Origin: an uncultured virus (IMG/VR IMGVR_UViG_3300034418_011988)
Taxonomy: Duplodnaviria > Heunggongvirae > Uroviricota > Caudoviricetes
Reading direction: 5' to 3' (one strand)
Virus record (IMG/VR): IMGVR_UViG_3300034418_011988
DNA length: 64,000 nt
Shown: positions 52,053-61,827 of the stretch, in pieces
How the letters are laid out: each line of letters opens with the position of its first letter
Numbering within the stretch: position 1 is the first letter of the stretch
Position numbers and translations under genes: made by a program
Notes under the pieces: generated by a model
What the model was told of the DNA's origin: nothing
Seen by the model: only the letters and a program-made list of their open reading frames with translations
Databases searched by the model: none

Positions 52053-54025
52053 TAGGCAACCCTACCTCGGCGCTCAAGATCACGCATCACGCTGTACATG
52101 TTCTTGATTCCCCGGTCCATGGAGCCATTGCCCAAACCGCGCACGGCGTCCTTAGTCATAACGAATTCGCCCGGCATCAAAAGTGCTCGAACGCTGTCTT
52201 CATCCGGGGTGCCTTCGTAGGGCATGATGCCGCCATTGCGGCGCGGATAAACTTCACCGCCTTCGGCGGCGGTCATGTCAGGAATGTTCGGCGGCGGGGT
52301 ATATACCGGTGGCGTATACCCGCCAGGAAGCCCGTAATACTCTGGATTCGCAGCAAGAAGATCGAACCCGGTGTAATCATACCCAATAGTGGGCATGGGT
52401 TGCTCAGGAGTTTCAAAGAAACCGCCGGCGTACAAGCCCGCACCAGTGACCGCGGCCAGGGGCCCATATTTAGACAAAAGGCCCGGCTGAAGCTGCCGGG
52501 TTGCTGACGCTAAAGCTTCCGAGTAAGAAGCTCCTTTATCCAGGGCCGCAGCAAACTCTGGAGAGTTTTGAAGCTGTGTTTCCGTAAGCATGTTGCGGCT
52601 GGGGGACAAATAATCTTTGTAGAAGTTCTCCACCGGGTCGGGGATAAACTTCCGAATGAAGCTTTGCTGCGCCTGCGCGGGTGCCGTAGCACCACCCGCC
52701 GAAGGCGCTGCGGCAAGGGTGCGGTCCAGAGGCATAGCCGAGGCGCCCGCGCCGGCTTGCGCCGCCCGGGATGCTTGAACCGCATCAGCCAGCGTTTCTC
52801 CGCCCGTCGGAGTCGGAGCTGCCGCCTGAGATACGCCCGCTGCGCCTGCCCCAGAAGTGGCCGAAGGAATGCTGATAGAGCCCACTCCGGCAGACGGAGT
52901 TGGGGGAGCCGTGGTAAAGGGCTGAGAAGAAGTAATCGTGCTGCGAATGGTGCTCGGTCCGCCGCCAGCTCGGGCCAGGGCCTGCTGCACCGTCTCACCG
53001 GGGCGCATGGAAATCACACGGCTAACACCCGTGGGAGCACCCGCCGCGCCAGGGGTGAAGGTAGTGGCCGGGGCTCCCGGTACAGAACCTGCTCCAGCAA
53101 GGGGCTGAAGCTGGGCATCCAAGGCGGCAGAGACTTGCTGCGTGTTGGCAAGATTCTGCTGCGCCACCTCGGTAGCTCGGTCAAATACCGGGACCGCGTC
53201 TTCCACAGGAGGCAGCGTCGGTTGGGCCGCGGCCCCCGCTCCGGCAGCCCCTGCCGTCGGGACATAGCCCGTGAAGAGGTTCCCGGCTCCAGTCAAGCCA
53301 CCGCCGGTCAGGGTCGAGCCCAGGCCAGACGCGGTCTGCGCAACACGGCCCCCGAAGCCCGAAACAGCCTCTTTGACGCCGCCCGTAAAGGTGCCGCCCG
53401 TAGCAGCGCTTCCAATTCCTTTCAAAATGCCGCCAGTGGCCCCAGAGATTGCAGCAGCTTTGAAGGCATCCTTCAGACTGCCACCTTGAATCAGGCTGGC
53501 GATACCAGAGCCCAGAGCTGCACCAAAGACTGGTCCGAGGGGCGTGAACGACAAAGCAATAGGCAGGATGACGCCTGCGGCCTTCTTGAGGAACTTACCG
53601 ACCTTCTTAAAGGCTTTCTTGACGCCCTTGAAGAGCTTCTTCAAGAAGAATTCGGGCATCCCGGTTACAGGGTTAATGCTGTTTTCCGACGAGCCGACGA
53701 CATAACGATCCGGGTCTTCAATGCCCCGAGCCCGAAGATCGTCAAAAATGGATTGTTTTAGCGTCGGATTCTCAGCAATAAGCGCTGCCGGGATGACAAT
53801 TTCCCCGGTCTGAACGTGCGCCAGGGTGTTGTCGCCGTAACGGCCATAATCGGCCATGCGGGCAGCAACTTCTTGGAAATTAGCGATACCAGACTGGCCG
53901 AAAGCGCGCTCAGCATCCTCGCGGTCCATGCGCTCAATTTCATCGTCGTCCACGATGAAATCTGCGATACCGCCCTCCGGCACCACAAATTCTTCAAGCT
54001 CTTGATATGCCGGTTCTGCCATCAC
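52052..54025 (-). CDS. Internal virion/ejection protein
   Basis: D..LAH...GE.VIP and DSVRALLMPGEFV motifs at the two ends; cationic amphipathic helix followed by a Gly-rich hydrophobic region. Confidence 0.6.
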   Translation of the reverse strand: MMAEPAYQELEEFVVPEGGIADFIVDDDEIERMDREDAERAFGQSGIANFQEVAARMADYGRYGDNTLAHVQTGEIVIPAALIAENPTLKQSIFDDLRARGIEDPDRYVVGSSENSINPVTGMPEFFLKKLFKGVKKAFKKVGKFLKKAAGVILPIALSFTPLGPVFGAALGSGIASLIQGGSLKDAFKAAAISGATGGILKGIGSAATGGTFTGGVKEAVSGFGGRVAQTASGLGSTLTGGGLTGAGNLFTGYVPTAGAAGAGAAAQPTLPPVEDAVPVFDRATEVAQQNLANTQQVSAALDAQLQPLAGAGSVPGAPATTFTPGAAGAPTGVSRVISMRPGETVQQALARAGGGPSTIRSTITSSQPFTTAPPTPSAGVGSISIPSATSGAGAAGVSQAAAPTPTGGETLADAVQASRAAQAGAGASAMPLDRTLAAAPSAGGATAPAQAQQSFIRKFIPDPVENFYKDYLSPSRNMLTETQLQNSPEFAAALDKGASYSEALASATRQLQPGLLSKYGPLAAVTGAGLYAGGFFETPEQPMPTIGYDYTGFDLLAANPEYYGLPGGYTPPVYTPPPNIPDMTAAEGGEVYPRRNGGIMPYEGTPDEDSVRALLMPGEFVMTKDAVRGLGNGSMDRGIKNMYSVMRDLERRGRVA

Positions 54026-54255
54026 GCTGCTCCGCCAGAAATGCCTTGAGGCATAGTGACTTGAATCAGTGTACTGCGCTTTTCAGACCCCGTCCACGGA
54101 TTACCGCATACGGGGCAATTGCCGTTGGGGTAGCTCAGAATCTCTTCTGGCGTATCCACCTCGTTCGCGCAATTTGCACACTCCACCTTGTCGGTGCTGC
54201 TAGACGGCAGCCACTTGCTGCCATCCCGCATGGTAATAACCGTTTGATCGCTCAT
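54022..54255 (-). CDS. Small zinc-ribbon protein
   Basis: CANC...CPVC. Confidence 0.6.
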   Translation of the reverse strand: MSDQTVITMRDGSKWLPSSSTDKVECANCANEVDTPEEILSYPNGNCPVCGNPWTGSEKRSTLIQVTMPQGISGGAA

Positions 54256-54548
54256 GGCGTAGACACCGTAACCGTACCAACGCCGCCAGAGCTGCTAGAA
54301 CCCACCACATGCGGGATGTTGGCTTGTGTGATCTTTACCGTGCCGTCCACTTGGAACAGCGCGCCGTTTTCTAATCCAAAATCGTTGTTTTGCAGGGCCG
54401 TCAGGGTGATCTGCGTGGACCGAGACGGGCCCGGGTTCTGAACCTGCTCAAGAAATACGGAGAATGCTCGAACAATCTCCGCAAGATAGCGCTGGTCATA
54501 CTCCCGAGGCGGGACCGGGAACTGAGGCTTGACGACCTGCTGAGCCAT
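54252..54548 (-). CDS. Conserved tail-region protein
   Basis: 98-aa ORF coupled to the tail protein gene. Confidence 0.65.
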   Translation of the reverse strand: MAQQVVKPQFPVPPREYDQRYLAEIVRAFSVFLEQVQNPGPSRSTQITLTALQNNDFGLENGALFQVDGTVKITQANIPHVVGSSSSGGVGTVTVSTP

Positions 54549-56437
54549 TAGCGGCGCCCATCCTGCCTGATGTCAATGCGAGGGCTGCCCAAACGCCACT
54601 TCACCCCCAGGGCATCAGACTGCAAGCGCAGAGCAAAGCTCCGCCCTCGAAGGCGCACATGCACCTGATCGGTGAACTGCTCCACCGGCACCGTGGCCGA
54701 GCGCGTGACCGTTGAATCGTCCGTGGTCGTGTAAGCAGCGCCAGGGAAATTGCGCGTCTTGAGCACAAAGTCCGCAGCCGGAGACGCTGCATTAGAACCC
54801 TCAAAAGTGATGTCAGGGATCAAGCGGCGGATGAAGGCAAAGGTTTCACCGTCCCCAATATCAATCTGGCTCGACTCAATGTAAGCACTAATGGCCGTCG
54901 CAGGGCTGGTGCTCCCGTCGTCATTGCCCAGCTCATGCTGGTATAAGCGCCCATCCGAGCTGGCCGCAATGGGATTTGAAACAATGCCACGATCAAGCCA
55001 CGCCGTGCGGGCCATGGTGCCGTAGGTCCAGACGTTTTCCTGATAGTTAAAGGTAACGTAGCGGTCGATGTTGTCCGAGCTGCCAGAAGGGTAGAACCAC
55101 GTGATTTCGTTGAAAGACGAATTCAGCGCTGCCATGACTTTTTCGGCCTGAGCATCGTTGAAGTCGTTGAAAACGTAAGACTTTACTGAGCACGGAAGTT
55201 TTTGCACTTGACCGGTGTAGACGTAAAACTCCTCCAGCCCCATCCAGTAAACGGCGTCGTCCACCGCTTTCGCGGCGTTCGGACCCATGATGGTCGTGTT
55301 CTCAGAAATCTGGTTAATGCCAAAGGTAAAGGGCGGGCCCAGGTACTGCATGGCATGAAGACTGACGTCCGTAAACACCAGCACCTGCTGGCGCGTCTCC
55401 ACCGCACACACAATCTCCGAGCCAGAACCAATGCGCAAATCACCCGCCGTGTTCGTCGCCGTCGCTGCCCAGGTCGTCGGGCTCTCCTGATCAGAGAAAC
55501 GAATCAACAGAGGGTCTTGCACCCCAATGTTGTCCTGAGGATCGCAGCCAAAGACCAAAATATGCCGGTCGTTGTCGGAAACCAAAACCTGCTTGGCAAT
55601 GGTCGGCGTCGTCGCATCCGCCCCGGCCAAGGCCGAAAGGGCTACCCCGCGAGCAAAGGGCGCGCTGCTCGTAGACTTGTCCCAGTAGTAAATCCCGCCG
55701 TCCCGGGCATTGAAGATCAAATCTTCGCCAAAGTTGTCGGAAGACCAAAGGCGAAGCGTAGCGCCGGCAACCAAGAGAGAAGTGCCCGAGCCCCACGTGC
55801 CACGGCCCCAGGTTCCCGCACCCCAGCCGGTGCCCACCACCGTAGTGTCCAGACCCACGTTGATCTGGTAAGCGCCCACAACAGAGGCCCCGCCGTTGCC
55901 CGTATCACTGGCGTTTGCCGTGACCGTGGCCCCCGAGGTGTCCTTTGCCGTGATCGTGTAAGTGTTGGCGGTCAGGATTTCAACGATCTGGTATTCCTGA
56001 TTCAGAACATCCGCCGTGATTAACCCGCCAAGGCTCACGGCGCCAGAAAACGTCACAAAGTCGTTCTCAAGAGCGCCGTGGTTGGAGTCGGTGACCGTAA
56101 GGATCGAGCTGCCGTCCGTGGCCGCAAAGGTGACATCCCCCGCCGCGGTGGTTTCACGGATCGGGGTGATGTCGTTATAGGCCCCGCCTTCCTCAATGTA
56201 GAATTTGAGGTGCGTACCTAAGCCGATGTATTGGTTGCCGTCGAGCGCTACAAAAGCGTGTAGGTTCCGGCAAGACCCCAGAAAAGTGTTGGTGGACGTT
56301 GCGATCCATCCACCAATCTTCTCCGGCACTCCAAAACGGAACCGGACCATATCGCAATCGAACCATCCACCCTCGTTTGAATACGAGGTGGTTTCGCGAT
56401 TAACGCCGGGCCTGTATTGGAGTTTTTGCAAGGGCAT
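54548..56437 (-). CDS. Tail stabilisation/nozzle (tail tubular B-like) protein
   Basis: MPLQKLQYRPG...VRFRFGVPEKIGGW, IRFSDQE, EITWFYP, RLRGR; beta-rich 629 aa preceding the ejection proteins. Confidence 0.7.
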   Translation of the reverse strand: MPLQKLQYRPGVNRETTSYSNEGGWFDCDMVRFRFGVPEKIGGWIATSTNTFLGSCRNLHAFVALDGNQYIGLGTHLKFYIEEGGAYNDITPIRETTAAGDVTFAATDGSSILTVTDSNHGALENDFVTFSGAVSLGGLITADVLNQEYQIVEILTANTYTITAKDTSGATVTANASDTGNGGASVVGAYQINVGLDTTVVGTGWGAGTWGRGTWGSGTSLLVAGATLRLWSSDNFGEDLIFNARDGGIYYWDKSTSSAPFARGVALSALAGADATTPTIAKQVLVSDNDRHILVFGCDPQDNIGVQDPLLIRFSDQESPTTWAATATNTAGDLRIGSGSEIVCAVETRQQVLVFTDVSLHAMQYLGPPFTFGINQISENTTIMGPNAAKAVDDAVYWMGLEEFYVYTGQVQKLPCSVKSYVFNDFNDAQAEKVMAALNSSFNEITWFYPSGSSDNIDRYVTFNYQENVWTYGTMARTAWLDRGIVSNPIAASSDGRLYQHELGNDDGSTSPATAISAYIESSQIDIGDGETFAFIRRLIPDITFEGSNAASPAADFVLKTRNFPGAAYTTTDDSTVTRSATVPVEQFTDQVHVRLRGRSFALRLQSDALGVKWRLGSPRIDIRQDGRR

Positions 56438-56674
56438 TTACATAACCTGCGCCTGGGGTTCCGGTTCCGCCTCAGCCGGCGTTTCCACCGACTGAATCAA
56501 CATGTTGGTAAACACGTTCTGCGCAGCCGTCACCTGATCCAGTTGAAAGCGGATGCCCTCCGCCTTCGTTTGCAGGTCACGAATCTGATTGATCAGATAC
56601 TTCTGCTGATCACTAAGGCTCTCAGCATTGTACTCCTGACCGTTGATCGTAACTACATTGCTTTGCTCGGTCAT
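56438..56674 (-). CDS. Small coiled-coil tail-region protein
   Basis: GGGAG RBS before MTEQSNVVTINGQEY. Confidence 0.65.
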   Translation of the reverse strand: MTEQSNVVTINGQEYNAESLSDQQKYLINQIRDLQTKAEGIRFQLDQVTAAQNVFTNMLIQSVETPAEAEPEPQAQVM

Positions 56675-56687
56675 AAAGGCTCCCGTT

Positions 56688-56885
56688 TTATTCCGTATCG
56701 TCAGCGTTTTTGTTCTTGCCAAAATTCCCGGCGATGGTGTTCAGCACCCGCAGGGCGAGGCTGACGTACTTGTCGTCGGTCTTGGTGGGGGTCAAGGCCG
56801 TGATGGCGGTCGCGGCGGTGACCAGGGCCGTGATGGCGTTAAGCCACCCGGGCAGCGCGTCGAAGATGGCGAAGAAGGTATCCAT
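56688..56885 (-). CDS. Small membrane protein (holin-like)
   Basis: [21 protein letters not shown]...NTIAGN. Confidence 0.6.
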   Translation of the reverse strand: MDTFFAIFDALPGWLNAITALVTAATAITALTPTKTDDKYVSLALRVLNTIAGNFGKNKNADDTE

Positions 56886-57193
56886 TACCACGGCACTCCA
56901 TCAGCGGTCGTGGGGTTCTTCTGCGCGTCGATGTTGGCTTGTAGCGCCGCCTCGGTTGCGTCCTTGTCCACGCCGTCAGCCCACACCCAGCCAAGCACGG
57001 TCGCTTCCGTAAGGCTGTCGTAGGGCACAAAGTCCGGGCTAGAGGCGTCGTAGGTGAAGCCACAGGTGCCGTAGCTGGACGCGGAGAAGGTATCTTCCCC
57101 AACGGTCTCAGAGGCCGTGCAGCGCCAGTGGGCCACGATAACGCCCCCGTCGGAAAGCTCGCGCTCAAGGGTCGAGATGGTCCAGTTAAACAT
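56885..57193 (-). CDS. Tail-fibre-associated small protein
   Basis: WTI..LER...AHWRC...[14 protein letters not shown]...GVPW. Confidence 0.65.
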   Translation of the reverse strand: MFNWTISTLERELSDGGVIVAHWRCTASETVGEDTFSASSYGTCGFTYDASSPDFVPYDSLTEATVLGWVWADGVDKDATEAALQANIDAQKNPTTADGVPW

Positions 57194-57437
57194 TCTGTGC
57201 CTCCATGTGCGCCGCGTAGGCGTCGATTACGTCTTGGGTGTGAACTGCAGCACACACTGCTTGCACCTTCGCATCCTCGGCGCTGTAGTCGTCACCGGGG
57301 GCCACAACGTGGCGATGGAAAGACCGGCTGATCTCCTCGCCGTCGCGCTTAATCACGGTGGCCGTGCGAACTTGAACGTGGCTGAAGTCGCCCACGATCT
57401 CCACCTTGTCTGCAAAACTTTCTTCGGTTAATGCCAT
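57186..57437 (-). CDS. Tail-fibre-associated small protein (possible chaperone)
   Basis: DKVEIV...VQVR.ATVIKRDGEEISRSFHRHV; AGGAG RBS directly after the fibre gene. Confidence 0.65.
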   Translation of the reverse strand: MALTEESFADKVEIVGDFSHVQVRTATVIKRDGEEISRSFHRHVVAPGDDYSAEDAKVQAVCAAVHTQDVIDAYAAHMEAQNV

Positions 57438-57479
57438 TGTGTTTCTCCTTGGTCCGCCTCAATCGTCCGAGTGAGGTAA

Positions 57480-59843
57480 TTAGCCCACATGATAAGTAAA
57501 GCTTAAAAAAATATCTGCGTTACCAGAAGTCGCCGCACTAACTGTAATTTTAGCTCCAGATTTTGCTTCGTCTTGCTCTAAAAATTGCAGAGCCGTACTT
57601 CCATTATTTAATTCCGCACAAATCCCCTTCGTGGTGGTTATCAAATTAGTTGCGATGGGGATATATACCTCCGAATTTGTTGTCACAGGTGGCGCAAAAG
57701 GAAGTCCCGTAATTCGTAAACCAGCCCCTGCCGTCAGTCCTGTTGTGTCAAGATTAAGCAAAGCAGCACGAATATGTACTACTTGTCCTATTTTTGTATA
57801 AATAGCGCTTATAGCAGTAAGGCTTCCTGTATTTGTACCGTCATCAACTCCCGGCGTCCAAGTCCCCTCCTCGTAATCGTCCAGCAGATTCGCCGCACCC
57901 GTGCCGCCGAGGTAGACGCCGCCGGAGAGGTAGAGGTTGCGCCAGCGCGCAGTGGAAAGCCCCAAATCTTTTGTGCCGTTAGCGAAAACGCCCGTGCCAG
58001 TAACAGGGACTATGCTATCCGTGTTGGTGCCGCCAATTCCTGTCCCGCCTGATCGGGGGTCTAGGTCTATATAGGAGACAAGGCCAGAGACAGACCCAAT
58101 CGACCCCACCGTGGTGCCGTCTTTATTAAACTCAAGGATGCTCCCATCATTGGTAGTGCGGTTGAGGCGCATGACCCGATCACTGTCAGTAGTAACCTCA
58201 ACCGCCTTGCCTGCTTCGTAGACAAAACCTTCGGTGTTGAAGGTTGTTACCGATTTCCCCACCAGCAGGTTGCCGCTGGCGTCGATGCGCACGGCTTCTA
58301 AACCATCAACGCTCATGGTTAAGTGCGACGCAGAAAGAACATTACCGCTATCAACGCCAATATCTAAGCCATTAGCCGCTGTCCACCCAATACGAGAATA
58401 AAGACCGCTTACCTCCGCAACTCTAGATAGAACAACTTCAGAATTTGTACCACTACCCTCTACGGCTAACTTACCTAAAGGACTCGTAGTCCCAATCCCG
58501 ACGTTGTTTCCATTGCCAGCGTAAAGAATTGAAGTTCCGGCGTAGTCTGTAACATTCAGCGCATAACGTGATGCTGCTCCGCCACCTTGAATAAAAACCC
58601 CATACCCAGTCGCGTTGGTGTTGTAAAACTCACAAGCAGTTTGGTTTGCGGCGTTGTAAGTGAATGAAGAAGTACCACCTTGCACATTAAGGCGATAACC
58701 ACCCGGCGAAGCCGTCCCGATCCCCAGCGACTCCGCACTCGCATCCCAGAAGAACTTCGCGGTCGTGCCGGTGTCCTCGTAGAAGGAGATGTCGCCGTTG
58801 TTGAGTATCCGAATTCGTTCGATTGCCGCTGTATCTGGCGCAGAAGACGGACTAGCATATAAACGAATCTCACCGCCAGACGTATAATAATACCCAGCAA
58901 GTGTACCTGTTGAGTCATGCTTTGGAGTTGTTCCGTCTACATAAAAATTATAACCACCACCAAAAGCGCCGCTAGTGTCTCTATCTGCAATCCTGTTGTA
59001 GGTACTTCCTAAACCAAAATAGTCATCAGTGGTAATTATTCCTGCATTAGTAATACCATCAGCCGTGACGGTGCCGGTTACGTCGATGCCGGTGGCGGTG
59101 GTTTGAAACTTCTGCGCATCATCGTAATAAACACGCACCGCACCATTAAGGTCGGCAGTTAAATAGTTTTCACCACCAGATGCGGACTGTAGGCGCAAGT
59201 TGGTAGCTTGAATTTTTAGCTCACCCGTCCCTGTTTCATTAATAATGCTGTGAGTGCCTGAGTGATAAATCTCTAGGTCCGACCCAGCACCGAAGATGGC
59301 CTTGGAGCTGTCCGCAAAGGTGATGTCGTCGCCCGTGCCAACCGCGATGTCCGTGCCGCCGGTTGCATTACCAGCCGCCAGCACCTCGGCCAGCGTATCG
59401 GTCACGCCGGGATCGACCAGAGCCATCGCATCAACCACCGCAGCGCCAGCTCCGGCGCCATCGAGGTAAACAACGGCGGTCTTGCCTGCGGCGATGGTGA
59501 CGTTACCGCCGCTGCCCTGAGAAATCTCAATGGACTGAGAGCCGGTGGTGGCGTTCTCGATGAACATCACCCGGGAAACCGTGTTCGGGCCGATGGTCAG
59601 GGTGCGGGTCGCGGTCAGGGTGGCCGAGGAGGTCACCTTGAAGTACATGGCCCGGGCCGGGTCCGTGGCCCCGTCAGCGACCGTGGTCGTGGCGTCGGCG
59701 TCGGTCGCGAAGCAGTCCTGCGTGCCGTAGCCCAGGGCCTCGCCGATGAGCTCCAGGTTTGTGTTCGTGGTAACGCCCCAGGTTCCGGAGCCTTCGCCGG
59801 TCGCGAGCTCGGTCAGGCGGAGATCATTAACGTAAGTGGCCAT
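57480..59843 (-). CDS. Tail fibre protein
   Basis: GEGSGTWG..TNTNL N-terminus, NVGIGT repeats, LDDYEEGTWTP C-terminal module. Confidence 0.85.
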   Translation of the reverse strand: MATYVNDLRLTELATGEGSGTWGVTTNTNLELIGEALGYGTQDCFATDADATTTVADGATDPARAMYFKVTSSATLTATRTLTIGPNTVSRVMFIENATTGSQSIEISQGSGGNVTIAAGKTAVVYLDGAGAGAAVVDAMALVDPGVTDTLAEVLAAGNATGGTDIAVGTGDDITFADSSKAIFGAGSDLEIYHSGTHSIINETGTGELKIQATNLRLQSASGGENYLTADLNGAVRVYYDDAQKFQTTATGIDVTGTVTADGITNAGIITTDDYFGLGSTYNRIADRDTSGAFGGGYNFYVDGTTPKHDSTGTLAGYYYTSGGEIRLYASPSSAPDTAAIERIRILNNGDISFYEDTGTTAKFFWDASAESLGIGTASPGGYRLNVQGGTSSFTYNAANQTACEFYNTNATGYGVFIQGGGAASRYALNVTDYAGTSILYAGNGNNVGIGTTSPLGKLAVEGSGTNSEVVLSRVAEVSGLYSRIGWTAANGLDIGVDSGNVLSASHLTMSVDGLEAVRIDASGNLLVGKSVTTFNTEGFVYEAGKAVEVTTDSDRVMRLNRTTNDGSILEFNKDGTTVGSIGSVSGLVSYIDLDPRSGGTGIGGTNTDSIVPVTGTGVFANGTKDLGLSTARWRNLYLSGGVYLGGTGAANLLDDYEEGTWTPGVDDGTNTGSLTAISAIYTKIGQVVHIRAALLNLDTTGLTAGAGLRITGLPFAPPVTTNSEVYIPIATNLITTTKGICAELNNGSTALQFLEQDEAKSGAKITVSAATSGNADIFLSFTYHVG
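59275..59363. repeat. 89-bp exact direct repeat, copy 2
   Basis: Identical to 1154-1242; offset 58,121 bp. Confidence 0.95.
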
Positions 59844-59860
59844 GCTGTACCCTCACTCAA

Positions 59861-60844
59861 TCAGGCGGCGTCGCGCCCGGCTGCAATATCTTCATAGTTT
59901 GGCGCCTGGCTGGAGTCTATGTCTCCATAGCCTGGCACTTGTGTCGTGCTAACCGCCGAGAAACCTGGGACCTGCGCCGTGCTTATCGGCGAGTAGCCCG
60001 GGGTCTGGCTCGTATCCACCCCTGCATAATCCGGATCCTGTCCGGTGTCAATTTCACCATAAACAAGCGCCCGCCCCAAGACGCTTGTGATGGTAACGCC
60101 GTCGAGCTCCACCACGGCCCCGGCATCCACCGCAGGGTCGCCAAGGGCGCTGGTCATTCCTTGGCCGTCTACCGAGACCTGTATGCCAAAAGAAATGAAG
60201 ACCGTGCCCAGGGCGCTGGTCGTTGCTTGCCCCGTGGGCACCACATTCGCCTTGGCGATAATGTCGATCGAGCCGACGGCGCCGCTGAACTGAACCCCTG
60301 CGAGCTCCACCACAGCCCCGGCGTTGACCTCCAGGGCGCCCAGGCCAGCGGTGGCAGCCTGCCCGGTGGGGAATACGTTGCCGATGCCCGTGACAGTAGG
60401 CGTACCAAGGGCGCTGGCGATCGATTGCGAATCGGGGCTTACGTTTGCATTAGCGACCACCGACACGGTGCCCAGGTCGCTGGCGGCCCCCAGGCCCGTC
60501 ACCGCGACGTTCGCCGCGGCGTCTATAACAGGGGACCCTGCGGCGAAGGTTGCCTGCTGGCCGACGGGGGAAACGTTCGCCAGGGCCGTAACGCTAGGGG
60601 TGCCGACCGCGGTGGTGATCAGTTGTGAGCCTGGGCTCACATTTGCGCTGGCGGCAACCGAAACGGTTCCGACGGCGCTGGTGGCCTGCTGGCCAGTGGG
60701 GACGACGTTTGCGCTGGCAACGACCTCGACAGAGCCGACGGAGGTCGTAACTTGGAGGCCGGTGACGTCGACATTGACGTACAGGGGCGTGCCCCAGGCG
60801 CCTAAGCCCCAGCTACCCCTGCCCCAGCCCTCCTGGATCGCCAC
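59861..60844 (-). CDS. Tail-associated structural protein, paralogue of 1899-3353 without the LamG domain
   Basis: GWGRGSWGLGAWG N-terminus, V/T/G repeats, C-terminal 11-aa Q-x-P-x-aromatic repeats. Confidence 0.75.
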   Translation of the reverse strand: MAIQEGWGRGSWGLGAWGTPLYVNVDVTGLQVTTSVGSVEVVASANVVPTGQQATSAVGTVSVAASANVSPGSQLITTAVGTPSVTALANVSPVGQQATFAAGSPVIDAAANVAVTGLGAASDLGTVSVVANANVSPDSQSIASALGTPTVTGIGNVFPTGQAATAGLGALEVNAGAVVELAGVQFSGAVGSIDIIAKANVVPTGQATTSALGTVFISFGIQVSVDGQGMTSALGDPAVDAGAVVELDGVTITSVLGRALVYGEIDTGQDPDYAGVDTSQTPGYSPISTAQVPGFSAVSTTQVPGYGDIDSSQAPNYEDIAAGRDAA

Positions 60845-60845
60845 G

Positions 60846-60989
60846 TTACTCGCTGAGGTCCGCGGCGGCGGAGGTCAGGTGGGCCAGGACCTCGGTCAGG
60901 ATCTGACGCACGGGCGTGGTCATGTAGTCCTGGGCGAGCATGCCCTCGACCTTTTCGATGCAGAACTGGATCTCTTCCAAGGCGCTCAT
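60846..60989 (-). CDS. 47-aa hypothetical protein (not in the ORF track)
   Basis: GGAGG RBS; MSALEEIQFCIEKVEGMLAQDYMTTPVRQILTEVLAHLTSAAADLSE; stop 1 nt before the next start. Confidence 0.6.
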   Translation of the reverse strand: MSALEEIQFCIEKVEGMLAQDYMTTPVRQILTEVLAHLTSAAADLSE

Positions 60990-61032
60990 GGCGGGCCTCC
61001 GGGGGCGTCAACCCCCCGGAGTATAGATCATA

Positions 61033-61827
61033 TCAGGCGTGCTCGTAATGCAGCCCCTGCTCCTTGCGCTCAAGGATCCGGCGCACCTTGTGGCGGCTCA
61101 TGTCCCGGGCGTTCGCGTGGAGCGAGCTCACCTGCTTGGCGATCTTCTGGTGACCAAGGCCCCGGTCAGCCAGGCGGTGGATCGTGCGGATCACCCGCTG
61201 CTCGTCCTCCACGGGCACCAGGCGCGTGCGGCTGTTGTTCCCGTGGCGCTCCCGCACCTTCTGGAAGCCGTAGGGCACGCTCCCGCCGATGCTGAAGCCG
61301 CGGTTGGCCCAGTCGACCTTACCGTCCGCGAAGCGGTCCTTGATGATCCCGTGCTCAAGCTCCGCCACGGCCGAGAGCACCATGAGCATGATCTGGTTGG
61401 TCATCTGGTTCATGTCGAACTTCGACCGCAGGCCCTTCCCGCTGGTCTCCCGCGGGTAGACGATCGGCACGTCCCCGAACTGCTCGCAGAAGAACAGGGT
61501 CACGTTGCTCTCCTGGAGGTGGGGGATCATCTGCAGGAGGTCGTGGGTCGAGCGCGACAGACGATCGAGGCGGGTGCAGACAATGACGTCCCATTCTTCG
61601 ATAGCGTCCGTCAATGAACGGGAGCCATCCCGATCGAGGATATCTATCTTCCCCGAGACGCCCTCGTCGAAGTAGAAGCCGTCGACCTCGCGGTTATACT
61701 TCTCCCGCACGAACTCCTCGATGTGGCGCTTCTGGAGCTCGATGCTCACCCCGTGCCGCGCCTGCTCGACGGTCGAAACCCGGCAGTAGCCATAGATCTT
61801 GTTGATGCGCTTAGCCGGCTCAATCAT
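61033..61827 (-). CDS. Serine recombinase (resolvase catalytic domain plus partial recombinase domain)
   Basis: YCRVST catalytic motif, DEGVSG, RLDRLSR, AELE, GG.VPYGF. Confidence 0.9.
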   Translation of the reverse strand: MIEPAKRINKIYGYCRVSTVEQARHGVSIELQKRHIEEFVREKYNREVDGFYFDEGVSGKIDILDRDGSRSLTDAIEEWDVIVCTRLDRLSRSTHDLLQMIPHLQESNVTLFFCEQFGDVPIVYPRETSGKGLRSKFDMNQMTNQIMLMVLSAVAELEHGIIKDRFADGKVDWANRGFSIGGSVPYGFQKVRERHGNNSRTRLVPVEDEQRVIRTIHRLADRGLGHQKIAKQVSSLHANARDMSRHKVRRILERKEQGLHYEHA

